Origin: an uncultured Erysipelotrichaceae bacterium
GTDB lineage: Bacteria; Bacillota_I; Bacilli_A; Erysipelotrichales; Erysipelotrichaceae
DNA: 64,000 nucleotides
NCBI GenBank assembly: GCA_944325685.1
Contig: CALVBC010000004.1
Span: forward strand, 2,535 to 66,534
Direction of reading: 5' to 3'
The notes beneath the pieces are model-generated. The model was not told the DNA's origin. It did no database searches and worked only from the letters and a program-made list of their open reading frames with translations. This document shows, piece after piece, positions 10,949-19,300 of this stretch. The stretch's first letter is position 1. Every line of letters starts with the position of its first letter. Position numbers and translations under genes: made by a program.

Positions 10949-11872
10949 CTACTTTCCAAGCTTGATCCGTGGATCGATCATAGCTGCAACGATATCAGAG
11001 ACGATCGTCATGATGATAACGATCAATCCCAGAAAAATAGTCAGACCCATTACGAGCGTATAATCTCGATTAGAGATACTATCGGTAAATTCCGCGCCGA
11101 TACCTGGTATCGTAAATAATCTTTCGATAACAAGTGAACCTGTCACGAGTCCAGCAAACATCGGTCCGCAATAGGTAACGATCGGTAACATCGCATTTTT
11201 TAGACCATGTTTGATGATGACCATCAACTCACTCGTCCCTTTGCTTCTGGCTAAAGTTATATAATCCTTATTCATAACATCTTTTAAAGAGCTACGAGTC
11301 AATCTTGTGATCATTGAGATAGGACTTAAAGCGAGCGCAAAAGCTGGTAGGACATAGTGTAATGGGCTACTTAGGCCCATGACTGGTAATATACGCCATC
11401 TGACACCAAAGAGATACATCATGATGATGGCGAATAAAAAGCCTGGTATCGATACTCCTAAAGTCGATAAAGTAGTGATCAGACTATTGACCCATCGTTT
11501 TTTAGTCAAAGCCGATATGATGCCTAGCGTCAATCCTAATACGACTGCTATAACGAATGCCACAAGCCCTAGACCAAAGGTGACCGGTGCTCTTTCGATG
11601 ATGATATCTAATACTTGTTGTCCTTTCTTAGCGATCGATTCACCAAAATCAAGCTTCAACGCATTACCTAAATAGATGACATATTGTTCAGTGACTGGCT
11701 TATCTAGCCCATACTTGTGTTCCAAAGCTGCATAAGCCTCAGGGCTTAGGTTCTTCGCGTCTTGACTAAAAGGATTACCTGGTATTGCCCTGACTGCAAA
11801 GAAAGTCAAGGTCATGAGGATGAATAGGGTCAAGACCCCTATCAACAATCTTTTTGCTATATATTTGATCAT
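10949..11872 (-). CDS. oppB: oligopeptide/dipeptide ABC transporter permease
   Basis: 307 aa polytopic protein with an EAA-type loop (ITLARSKGTSELMVIIKHGLKNA). Its stop abuts the oppC start. Confidence 0.85.
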   Translation of the reverse strand: MIKYIAKRLLIGVLTLFILMTLTFFAVRAIPGNPFSQDAKNLSPEAYAALEHKYGLDKPVTEQYVIYLGNALKLDFGESIAKKGQQVLDIIIERAPVTFGLGLVAFVIAVVLGLTLGIISALTKKRWVNSLITTLSTLGVSIPGFLFAIIMMYLFGVRWRILPVMGLSSPLHYVLPAFALALSPISMITRLTRSSLKDVMNKDYITLARSKGTSELMVIIKHGLKNAMLPIVTYCGPMFAGLVTGSLVIERLFTIPGIGAEFTDSISNRDYTLVMGLTIFLGLIVIIMTIVSDIVAAMIDPRIKLGK

Positions 11873-11876
11873 AATA

Positions 11877-13061
11877 TCACCTTATCAGGTACAGTTCTTC
11901 TTGTGGTGGTACGATGAATTCTGCACCTTCATCTTTCACAACGACATCTTCCTCTAAGCCGATCCGTCCAGCACGCGTTGGTATCCCTGGCTCTAAGGTA
12001 AATACCATATTCTTTTTGAGCGGCGTCCTGATCAATTCATCACGATCGTAACGTGGCTTTGCTGGTCCAAGAAGTGGCCCACCATCATGAGCTACTTGAC
12101 CTAATTGATGACCTAAAGCAGCATTCCACGATGGATATCCTTTATTTACGATATATTCTCTAGCTACCGTATCAACTTCAATGCCTGTAACACCTGGTTT
12201 TAAAGCCTTGGCAGCTAATTTTATCGCATCTCTTACAACATTAAAGTCTTCGATGATATCATCTGGCGCCTTATCTTCATCAGGCCTTAAAACGTAGTAC
12301 ATCCTTTGAAGATCACAACTATAACCATCGATCCTGATCCCAAAATCGATATTGACGACATCACCATAACTTATAAGATGATCTGGTGCACCCATATGTC
12401 CACCTGGACAATCAGCGCCTGAAAAAACACCAGGGTCACATGACTTTGGCCATGAATAATCATATCCTTTTCTTTCTACCTCTCTTTGGAAGAAAGCATA
12501 GACATCTTTACAATTTGCACCAACTTTGATCACCGTTTTGGCATCGATAAATATCTTTTCTGCTTCCTCACATGCTTTTTTGATCTTGGCAAGCTCGTCT
12601 TCCGTCTTGATCCCTCTGACATCTACGATGATATCTTCACTAGAGATCACCTCTCCATCAAAACCTGCTTTTGTAAAGGCTTCTTTCAATGTCATATACA
12701 TACCTAGTGTCAACCCATCGGCACTAGGATTTTCTAATGAATAATCTAAGGCGATCTTGTTTGGTCCTTTCTTTAGGATATAGCTCGCTAAAGTATCTGT
12801 AAATGATAGTGGAAATTCAATAACTTCATCAAAGACCCCATGATGGATATAACCATTTTTATCGATCGGTGTGCATATCGCTGCTGTCGTCCCGTCTTTG
12901 TTAAATATGCAAGCTGTTAAGCCGATAAACTCGGCATCTGACATAATGCTCAGGATCGGTTCACTGTTAGTGGCTGATTCCTGTCCCGCTATTATCCACA
13001 TGTCGATGTCTTTTTCTTTCAAAACATCGATCGCGATCTTGACCTTCTCTTTATTGAACAT
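11877..13061 (-). CDS. M24-family Xaa-Pro aminopeptidase/dipeptidase (paralogue 2), first gene of the operon
   Basis: 394 aa. Motifs NIDFGIRIDGYSCDLQRMYYV, WNAALGHQLGQVAHDGG, FTLEPGI, GLEEDVVV. RBS GGGGAGG lies upstream of the ATG. Confidence 0.85.
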   Translation of the reverse strand: MFNKEKVKIAIDVLKEKDIDMWIIAGQESATNSEPILSIMSDAEFIGLTACIFNKDGTTAAICTPIDKNGYIHHGVFDEVIEFPLSFTDTLASYILKKGPNKIALDYSLENPSADGLTLGMYMTLKEAFTKAGFDGEVISSEDIIVDVRGIKTEDELAKIKKACEEAEKIFIDAKTVIKVGANCKDVYAFFQREVERKGYDYSWPKSCDPGVFSGADCPGGHMGAPDHLISYGDVVNIDFGIRIDGYSCDLQRMYYVLRPDEDKAPDDIIEDFNVVRDAIKLAAKALKPGVTGIEVDTVAREYIVNKGYPSWNAALGHQLGQVAHDGGPLLGPAKPRYDRDELIRTPLKKNMVFTLEPGIPTRAGRIGLEEDVVVKDEGAEFIVPPQEELYLIR

Positions 13062-13091
13062 ATATCTATCCTCCCCAAAAATAATGTCTTA

Positions 13092-13119
13092 ATTATAGTG
13101 CTTACATTGAAATTTGCAA
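13092..13119 (-). promoter_or_regulatory. sigma-A-type promoter of the peptide-utilisation operon
   Basis: On the minus strand: -35 TTGCAA (13119-13114), 16-nt spacer, -10 TATAAT (13097-13092). It is followed by RBS GGGGAGG and ATG 13061. Confidence 0.6.
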
Positions 13120-13177
13120 GTTAAATTTCATTAAATGTTACATTTTAATTACATTAAATGTAAAAATTTACATTTAT
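13102..13177. repeat. cluster of TTACATT/AATGTAA half-sites and palindromes (candidate operator array) over and upstream of the operon promoter
   Basis: TTACATT occurs at 13102, 13138, 13149 and 13168. There is a perfect 15-bp palindrome TTACATTaAATGTAA at 13149-13163 and an 11-bp palindrome AATGTtACATT at 13134-13144. An 8-bp inverted repeat TGAAATTT/AAATTTCA (13108-13115 / 13123-13130) straddles the -35. Confidence 0.55.
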
Positions 13178-13217
13178 TAAGGTAATTATTGTTAATTTTC
13201 ATTCTTCTTTCATATTT

Positions 13218-13814
13218 TCATGATCTTATCCACCTTAAGAAAGTATCCTGTGATACACCTAGTAAAGAAGCCGCCTTACGCGATGATAATCCATGATGTA
13301 TATAGGCATCATATATATCATCATAGTTGGCTGGCTTTTCTTTTTTGGGTCTGCCAAAGATCACACCTCTTTGTTTAGCGGCGATGATGCCTTCCCTTTG
13401 TCTTTTCTTGATATTTGACCTTTCTGTTTCCGCGACATATGACAAGATCTGTAAGACCATATCCGCTAAAAAGACACCAGTGAGGTCCTTATCCTTCTTC
13501 CTTGTATCTAATAAGGGCATATCTAAGACCACGATCTGGGCTTTGATCTTCTTGGTCAATATACGCCACTCTTCTAATATCTCCTCATAATTTCGACCTA
13601 GACGATCGATCGAATGGATGACCAAGATATCATCTTCCTTTAAGCGTTTGACCATCATCTGATACTTAGGCCTTTTAAAATCCTTGCCACTGATCTTATC
13701 TAAATAGATGTCCTTATCTTTGATACCAAAGCCTTTTAAAGCGATGATCTGACGATCTAAGCACTGATCTTTTGTCGATACCCTTGCATAACCGTAAACC
13801 TTTATCTCTTTCAC
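13218..13814 (-). CDS. small serine recombinase (resolvase/invertase family)
   Basis: 198 aa. GTG start preceded by GGGAGG. Catalytic N-domain YGYARVSTKDQ...SIDRLGRN...ETERSNIKKRQREGI and a C-terminal HTH (LSSRKAASLLGVSQDTFLRWI). No transposase or phage genes are adjacent. Confidence 0.9.
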   Translation of the reverse strand: MKEIKVYGYARVSTKDQCLDRQIIALKGFGIKDKDIYLDKISGKDFKRPKYQMMVKRLKEDDILVIHSIDRLGRNYEEILEEWRILTKKIKAQIVVLDMPLLDTRKKDKDLTGVFLADMVLQILSYVAETERSNIKKRQREGIIAAKQRGVIFGRPKKEKPANYDDIYDAYIHHGLSSRKAASLLGVSQDTFLRWIRS

Positions 13815-13828
13815 TTTTACCTCCCATC

Positions 13829-13857
13829 TTACATTTATGCCTGTAAGCCTTTATAAT
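13829..13857 (+). promoter_or_regulatory. near-consensus sigma-A promoter for the GH25 gene; predicts a leaderless or near-leaderless mRNA
   Basis: -35 TTACAT (13829-13834), exactly 17-nt spacer, -10 TATAAT (13852-13857). ATG 13864 lies 7 nt after the -10. Confidence 0.6.
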
Positions 13858-13863
13858 AAGGTC

Positions 13864-14715
13864 ATGGCAAGAAGAGTTAAAAAGAAATACATCTTGGTCA
13901 TCGCTATCATGACCTTGGTCTTTACGATAAGTATCCTACTAGTATTGAATGTCTTACTTACTAATATCCTAAATAAAGAAGAAGATGAAAAACTGATCAT
14001 CGACTACCGATATGAATTAAAAGATGACCTATTAGATCTGCCATTAAGCGCCATCGATCCGAGTTCGATAAGTGGTGATATGTTTAAGACCTATGAAGAT
14101 GATACCTATACATCCGAGCTTGGTATCGATGTATCAAGTCATCAAAAGGATATCGATTGGGATAAAGTCAAAGAAGCAGGGATTGAATTTGTCTATATCC
14201 GATGTGGATATCGTGGGTATCAAACAGGGCTATTGAATACCGATGAGATGTTTTATGACCATTATAACGGGGCTAAGGAAGCTGGGCTTAAAGTCGGTGT
14301 CTATTTCTTTTCCCATGCGATCAATATCGATGAAGCCATCGAAGAGGCTTACTATACATATGAGCTCATCAAAGACCTCGATATCGACCTTGAAGTCGTC
14401 TATGACCTTGAAGATATCGACTATGATGAAAGCCGACTAGAAGGTGTATCCAGTGATACCAGGACCGATTGTGCCATGGCTTTTTCCAGTAAGATCCAAG
14501 AGTTAGGCTATGATCCGATGATCTATACCAACCTCTATTGGACTGAGGTCCACTATGATCTAGAAAAGGTCATGAACTACCCGATCTGGTTTGCCCAATA
14601 TAGTGATACGCCAGACTTCCCTTACTATTTCACCTTATGGCAATATACAAATAGCGCCTTATTTGATGGCGTCGATGTTCAAACGGATATCAATTTGAGG
14701 TTAGTTAAAAAATGA
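13864..14715 (+). CDS. membrane-anchored GH25 muramidase (lysozyme)
   Basis: ORF track gives 13837..14715. ATG 13837 lies inside the promoter spacer and has no RBS, so I prefer ATG 13864 (MARRVKKKYILVIAIMTLVF..., an N-terminal TM anchor). The catalytic region GIDVSSHQKDIDWDKVKEAGIEFVYIRCGYRG...FSHA...WQYT is GH25-like. Confidence 0.8.
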   Translation: MARRVKKKYILVIAIMTLVFTISILLVLNVLLTNILNKEEDEKLIIDYRYELKDDLLDLPLSAIDPSSISGDMFKTYEDDTYTSELGIDVSSHQKDIDWDKVKEAGIEFVYIRCGYRGYQTGLLNTDEMFYDHYNGAKEAGLKVGVYFFSHAINIDEAIEEAYYTYELIKDLDIDLEVVYDLEDIDYDESRLEGVSSDTRTDCAMAFSSKIQELGYDPMIYTNLYWTEVHYDLEKVMNYPIWFAQYSDTPDFPYYFTLWQYTNSALFDGVDVQTDINLRLVKK

Positions 14716-15122
14716 TCTATATATTATATGTGATACTACTTATCATCTGTATCATGATCTATATAGCCCTAAATAAGATCATGCCTTTTATAAAGGTCTA
14801 TGAAGATACCGAGAAAGCCTATACCGATATCTTTGTGATACTAAGAAAACGCAAAGAATACCTATACGAAAACTATCCTAATGATCTTGACCTTTTGACC
14901 TTCTACGAGGATATCCAAAGCTTAGATCTAAAGGACAGGTTAAAAGAAGAACTAACTTTAAGATCGATCGATGATACTTTTGATGACTATCTTAATGAAG
15001 CCTTATCTAAGATCGATACCTACAACAAACAAGTAGTCATCTATCAAAAAGAAGTCTTTGAACACAGACTCCTTTATAAATTACTAGCTTATAAGATGTA
15101 TGAGACTTTAGATCTTAGCTAA
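14712..15122 (+). CDS. small single-pass membrane protein, function unknown (weak LemA-like resemblance)
   Basis: 136 aa. N-terminal TM (IYILYVILLIICIMIYIAL). ATGA overlap with the GH25 stop. The C-terminal ...IDTYNKQVVIYQKEV faintly recalls the LemA YN..V..YN motif. Confidence 0.5.
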   Translation: MIYILYVILLIICIMIYIALNKIMPFIKVYEDTEKAYTDIFVILRKRKEYLYENYPNDLDLLTFYEDIQSLDLKDRLKEELTLRSIDDTFDDYLNEALSKIDTYNKQVVIYQKEVFEHRLLYKLLAYKMYETLDLS

Positions 15123-15926
15123 GATATCCTTGATGACACTGTGATCATCATAATCACCGATGATGCGCTTAGCTCTTTTCTTGATGTCATCGATCGCATT
15201 GCTTGGACAGGATGAATTTTTAAACATGTCCATAAGTTCCTTATCATTATGACTATCACCATAGGTATGGACATCATCATAGTCGATACCTAACCTATCG
15301 GCTAGCCACTTGGTCATATCGCCCTTGTTGGCCTTTTTATCGGTGATATCATAAAAGCCATCACCCCAAGGGGCATTAGTGACACGATCATCAAAACGCT
15401 TTACAAACCTATCAGCGATCATCTTGGTGCTTTCTTTTCCAAGGCTAAAGTTTATCTTATAGATATCATGACTTAAGATATCTTCCTCCTTAGCATCAAA
15501 TTCACTTCTGACCTTATAGAAGGCCATACGTTGTTCGTGATTGGATTTATAGATCTCTTCATCATAAAGATAGCGATCAGCCCTGAGATATGAAAAGGGA
15601 TAATAACACATCGTATCGGTCTCATATCTGACAAAGATATCCTTGAGATCGACAAATGAAGCTTTGACGATATCCTTATCGATCGGTCTTCTTAGTAAGA
15701 TATCATCTTCACTTTTATAGATCATGGCCCCATTCATCGCGATCGTAAACATATGATCATGCCTGATGCCAAAGTTGATCTGTTTAGGATCATGCATCGA
15801 ACGACCAGTACAGATGGCAAAATAATGACCCTTAGCTAATACTTCCTTGATCCCATTTAAGACGATATCATCGATATCATGGGTATGATCAAGTAACGTT
15901 CCATCTAGATCACAAACAAATAACAT
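15108..15926 (-). CDS. Cof-type HAD-IIB phosphatase
   Basis: ORF track gives 15108..15959. Start placed at ATG 15926 (MLFVCDLDGTLLD), preceded by GAGGAGGGG. HAD motif I is DLDGT and motif IV is GDSHNDKELM. Confidence 0.85.
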   Translation of the reverse strand: MLFVCDLDGTLLDHTHDIDDIVLNGIKEVLAKGHYFAICTGRSMHDPKQINFGIRHDHMFTIAMNGAMIYKSEDDILLRRPIDKDIVKASFVDLKDIFVRYETDTMCYYPFSYLRADRYLYDEEIYKSNHEQRMAFYKVRSEFDAKEEDILSHDIYKINFSLGKESTKMIADRFVKRFDDRVTNAPWGDGFYDITDKKANKGDMTKWLADRLGIDYDDVHTYGDSHNDKELMDMFKNSSCPSNAIDDIKKRAKRIIGDYDDHSVIKDILAKI

Positions 15927-16044
15927 ATACCCCTCCTCTAGTCCTGTCGATTTTATCATAGAATACTGCCCATGTATGATAAATACTGATTAAATCACAT
16001 CAAAACGATAGGATAGTACGTTTTTGTATCTTTGGTGATGTAGC

Positions 16045-16097
16045 TAAAAAGGTCATCTTACTACCATCGAAGAAGATCGATGTCTAAGATGACCCTT
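16045..16097 (-). terminator. rho-independent terminator after metQ (long-looped hairpin)
   Basis: Minus strand: GGTCATCTTA...TAAGATGACC (10-bp stem, 16094-16085 / 16060-16051) followed by UUUUU. Confidence 0.55.
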
Positions 16098-16103
16098 TAT
16101 TAT

Positions 16104-16910
16104 TTACTCTACTGGGATTACTGATCCACCAAAGTGCTCAATGATGTAGTCTTTTACTTCTTGGCTTTTTAATACTTCGACTAAAGCCTTGATCTTATCG
16201 CTATCTTCTTGACCGTTTTGACATGCGATGATATTCACATAAGGGTTAGTATCATCACCTTCTTCTAAGATCAAAGAATCATTGATCGGATCTAGACCTG
16301 CCCCGATCGCATAGTTACCATTGATCGCAAATAGGTCACCATCATCCGCATCATAAGCCGTTGTGACAAGCTCTGGATTGACTTCTTCAAATACTAAGTT
16401 CTTTGGATTATCAACGATGTCATTTACTGTAGCGTTGACGATATCAACATCATCACTCAATGTGATAAGACCAGCACCTTCTAAGATCGCAAGTATACGC
16501 CCATGATCTGCTACAGAGTTAGAGATGATGACACGTGCTCCATCTTCTATTTCATCAACGCTTTGGTACTTCTTAGAATAGATGCCAAATGGTTCGATAT
16601 GGATGCCACCGGCATCCACGATATCATAGCCATATTCATTGACCTCATTTTCAAAGAATGGACGATGTTGGAAGTAGTTGGCATCGACATCGCCATTATC
16701 CAAAGCGCGATTGAAGATAAAGTAGTTATCTAATACTTCGATCTCTAGTGTATAGCCCTTTTCCTCTAATAGCGGTTTAGCATACTCCAAGATCGTCGCA
16801 TGGGGTTCAGCAGTAGCTGATACACGGATCACATTATCTTCACCCGTATCTTCTTGACTACAACCAACTAGTAATAATAGACCTAATAATAAGACAAATA
16901 ACTTTTTCAC
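16104..16910 (-). CDS. metQ: methionine ABC transporter substrate-binding lipoprotein (NlpA/MetQ family)
   Basis: ORF track gives 16104..16955. Start placed at GTG 16910 (VKKLFVLLLGLLLLVGC-SQ, lipobox) after GGAGGA. This avoids overlap with metI, which stops at 16915. Confidence 0.85.
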   Translation of the reverse strand: MKKLFVLLLGLLLLVGCSQEDTGEDNVIRVSATAEPHATILEYAKPLLEEKGYTLEIEVLDNYFIFNRALDNGDVDANYFQHRPFFENEVNEYGYDIVDAGGIHIEPFGIYSKKYQSVDEIEDGARVIISNSVADHGRILAILEGAGLITLSDDVDIVNATVNDIVDNPKNLVFEEVNPELVTTAYDADDGDLFAINGNYAIGAGLDPINDSLILEEGDDTNPYVNIIACQNGQEDSDKIKALVEVLKSQEVKDYIIEHFGGSVIPVE

Positions 16911-16914
16911 TTTT

Positions 16915-17565
16915 CTATCCTCCTCGTTTATCAAGTTTTTTGACTGTTTTATCACCTATGATCTGGATCGCAAAGACGATGATGACGATCAAGATCGTCG
17001 CAATAAACATGAGACTTTCATCACGTCTTGCTAGTCCATATTGATAAGCTTCAAAGCCTAAGCCACCAGCACCGATCGCCCCGGCCATCGCGCTGTATGA
17101 GACAAGGTTGATGGCGGTCACGGTGATACTAGATACTAGGGCTGGCTTACTTTCAGGGATAAGGACCTTTGTGATGATGTCAAAGGTACTAGCTCCCATC
17201 GCTTTACTAGCTTCGATCACCCCATGATCCACTTCACTAAAGGCAATGGTCACCATCCTGGCAAAGAATGGTGTCGCACTTACAACTAAAGCGGGTACAG
17301 CAGCTTTAGTCCCAATGACACTACCAGTCAAGAAATTGGTTATCGGTAGCATCCATACGATCAAGATCAAATAAGGGATCGACCTTAGGATATTGACTAG
17401 ACCATCGCATATCTTACTGATGATGGTGATCGGCTTTGACTTGCGCTCTAAGATCGAGCTTGTGCCGATGAAGATCAAGGTGCCGATGATAAAGCCAAAG
17501 ACACAACTGAATAGTAATGGTACGATCGTCAGATAGATCGTTTCGATAAATGGCTCAAAAAACAT
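16915..17565 (-). CDS. metI: methionine ABC transporter permease
   Basis: 216 aa, five TM-like segments, permease loop EASKAMGASTFDIITKVLIPE. Confidence 0.85.
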   Translation of the reverse strand: MFFEPFIETIYLTIVPLLFSCVFGFIIGTLIFIGTSSILERKSKPITIISKICDGLVNILRSIPYLILIVWMLPITNFLTGSVIGTKAAVPALVVSATPFFARMVTIAFSEVDHGVIEASKAMGASTFDIITKVLIPESKPALVSSITVTAINLVSYSAMAGAIGAGGLGFEAYQYGLARRDESLMFIATILIVIIVFAIQIIGDKTVKKLDKRGG

Positions 17566-17566
17566 C

Positions 17567-18568
17567 TTATATCACCTCTACTTTCACTTCATCTTTTTGT
17601 AACTCTTCGATGATCTTAGCGATGTCATGTCTTTTTTCGATATGGATATACATGACACCTAATGGTCCAACTTGGGTATTTTTGATATTAGCACTGACGA
17701 TATTGAAGGGGATGTGCAGCTTATTACCGACTTCATACAATATCGGTTCACCACTGCTCTTTTGATCAAAGGTCAAACGCAAGAGATGACCTTCAGGATA
17801 CTTGGCTTTAAGATCGATGGCCATCTTTTCGACATCTAAACCTGTATCGACTGTTTGGATCAGCTTCTTGGTGAGATCTTGTTTAGGATCTTTGAAGATA
17901 TCATCGACTCGTCCATCTTCGATCACCTTGCCATCAGCCATCACCGCTAAACGGTGGCAGATCTTTTGCACCACTTCCATTTGGTGAGTAATCAAAACTA
18001 TCGTTATCTGGTATTCCTTATTGATCTTTTTTAATAGCTCCAAGATATCATCGGTGGTCTTAGGATCTAGAGCACTAGTAGCTTCATCACTTAATAGGAT
18101 ATTAGGCTCCGATATAAGGGCTCTAGCGATCGCTACTCTTTGTTTCTGGCCACCGGATAGAGTGCTAGGATAGACATCAAGTTTATCTTCAAGACCGACC
18201 CTTTTCGCTACTTCCTTAGCTTTTTCTCTTCTTGTCTCTTTATCCACTTTGATTAGCTCTAAAGGGAAGGCGATATTATCTAAGACGGTCTTTGACCACA
18301 AGAGATCAAAGTGTTGAAAGATCATCCCGATCTTCCTTCTTTTTTCTCTTAATGCTTTGATATCAAGCTTAGTGATATCGACACCATCGATATCGATGAC
18401 TCCTTCATCGACCTTTTCTAACTGGTTGATCGTCCTTAGAAGCGTTGACTTACCAGCACCACTATAACCGACGATGCCAAATATCTCGCCATCATCGATC
18501 TTAAGCGATACATCATCGACCGCTTTGATATCACCATAGCTTTTAGATACATGTTCGATCTTGATCAT
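17567..18568 (-). CDS. metN: methionine ABC transporter ATP-binding protein
   Basis: 333 aa. Walker A GYSGAGKSTL, signature LSGGQKQR, Walker B ILLSDEATSALD, and a C-terminal NIL-type regulatory domain. Confidence 0.9.
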   Translation of the reverse strand: MIKIEHVSKSYGDIKAVDDVSLKIDDGEIFGIVGYSGAGKSTLLRTINQLEKVDEGVIDIDGVDITKLDIKALREKRRKIGMIFQHFDLLWSKTVLDNIAFPLELIKVDKETRREKAKEVAKRVGLEDKLDVYPSTLSGGQKQRVAIARALISEPNILLSDEATSALDPKTTDDILELLKKINKEYQITIVLITHQMEVVQKICHRLAVMADGKVIEDGRVDDIFKDPKQDLTKKLIQTVDTGLDVEKMAIDLKAKYPEGHLLRLTFDQKSSGEPILYEVGNKLHIPFNIVSANIKNTQVGPLGVMYIHIEKRHDIAKIIEELQKDEVKVEVI

Positions 18569-18582
18569 AAATACCCCCTTAT

Positions 18583-18815
18583 AAAAATAAAAGCCGTCCT
18601 ATAAGGACGACTTGCACCGTGTTACCACCTTAATTTATGTCTAAAGACACCTCATCGAGTACCATCATACTCTAGCGCTATAACAGGCGCCCCTGTTGAT
18701 GCCTAATATCGACATCACAACTCCAAGACCATCTTCCTAAACGCGCCCTTATCTCCTTTCACCAAACGGAGACTCTCTTTGAAGTTATACGTTCAGTACT
18801 CTTCTTTTCTCTGTT
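18583..18815 (-). promoter_or_regulatory. T-box riboswitch leader, methionine (AUG) specifier, controlling metNIQ
   Basis: Minus-strand leader has the AG-bulge AGAGAG, distal loop GGUGAAA, specifier-loop GGAAG-AUG-G and T-box sequence AAAUUAAGGUGGUAACACGGUG. A terminator GUCGUCCUUAUAGGACGGC plus U-run lies just before ATG 18568. Confidence 0.85.
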
Positions 18816-18825
18816 TTATGTCTTG

Positions 18826-18854
18826 ATGATAATTAAAAATGTAAGGGTTGTCAA
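18826..18854 (-). promoter_or_regulatory. promoter of the T-box/metNIQ transcript
   Basis: Minus strand: -35 TTGACA (18854-18849, overlapping the smpB stop), 17-nt spacer, -10 TATCAT (18831-18826). Confidence 0.55.
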
Positions 18855-19300
18855 TACTTCATCGCTTTCGCGATCTCTCTTTCCATCGATCTGATCTTAT
18901 CGGACTCACGCTTGTCGTGAAGGTTTTTACCCTGACACAAACCGATCTCCATCTTAGCTAAGCCAGTCTTTAGATAAAGCCGCAAAGGGATGACCGTATA
19001 TCCTTGCATCTTGCATTTACTGTATAGCTTTGTGATCTCGCTTTTGTGTAGTAATAACTTACGATCTCTAGTCTCATCGTGGTTGAAGCGATTGCCTTCT
19101 TTGTATTCCGCTATATGCATGCCTTTGATATAAGCTTCCCCATTACTAAAGGACACATAGGCGTCCTTGAATTGGACTTTGCCTTTGCGGATCGATTTGA
19201 TCTCTGTCCCCGTCAAGACAAGACCAGCTTCGTATTTGTCGATGACGATATAATCGTGATATGCTTTGCGATTATTCGCTATCTCTTTTACCTTTTCCAT
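18851..19300 (-). CDS. smpB: SsrA-binding protein
   Basis: ORF track gives 18851..19330. ATG 19300 (MEKVKEIANNRKAYHDY...) matches SmpB N-terminal length better. Motifs: GTEIKSIRKGKV, NRFNHDETRDRKLLLHK. Confidence 0.9.
   Translation of the reverse strand: MEKVKEIANNRKAYHDYIVIDKYEAGLVLTGTEIKSIRKGKVQFKDAYVSFSNGEAYIKGMHIAEYKEGNRFNHDETRDRKLLLHKSEITKLYSKCKMQGYTVIPLRLYLKTGLAKMEIGLCQGKNLHDKRESDKIRSMEREIAKAMKY

Noticed and set aside
13081-13192. Imperfect inverted repeat (AATAATgtcTTAAT at 13081-13094 versus ATTAAggtaATTATT at 13176-13190) as boundaries of an invertible promoter
   Set aside because: Only 6+5 matching bases, in very AT-rich DNA. The segment would split the -10 from the -35 rather than carry a whole promoter. 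This is too weak to claim an invertible element. It is kept only as a testable idea in the recombinase finding.
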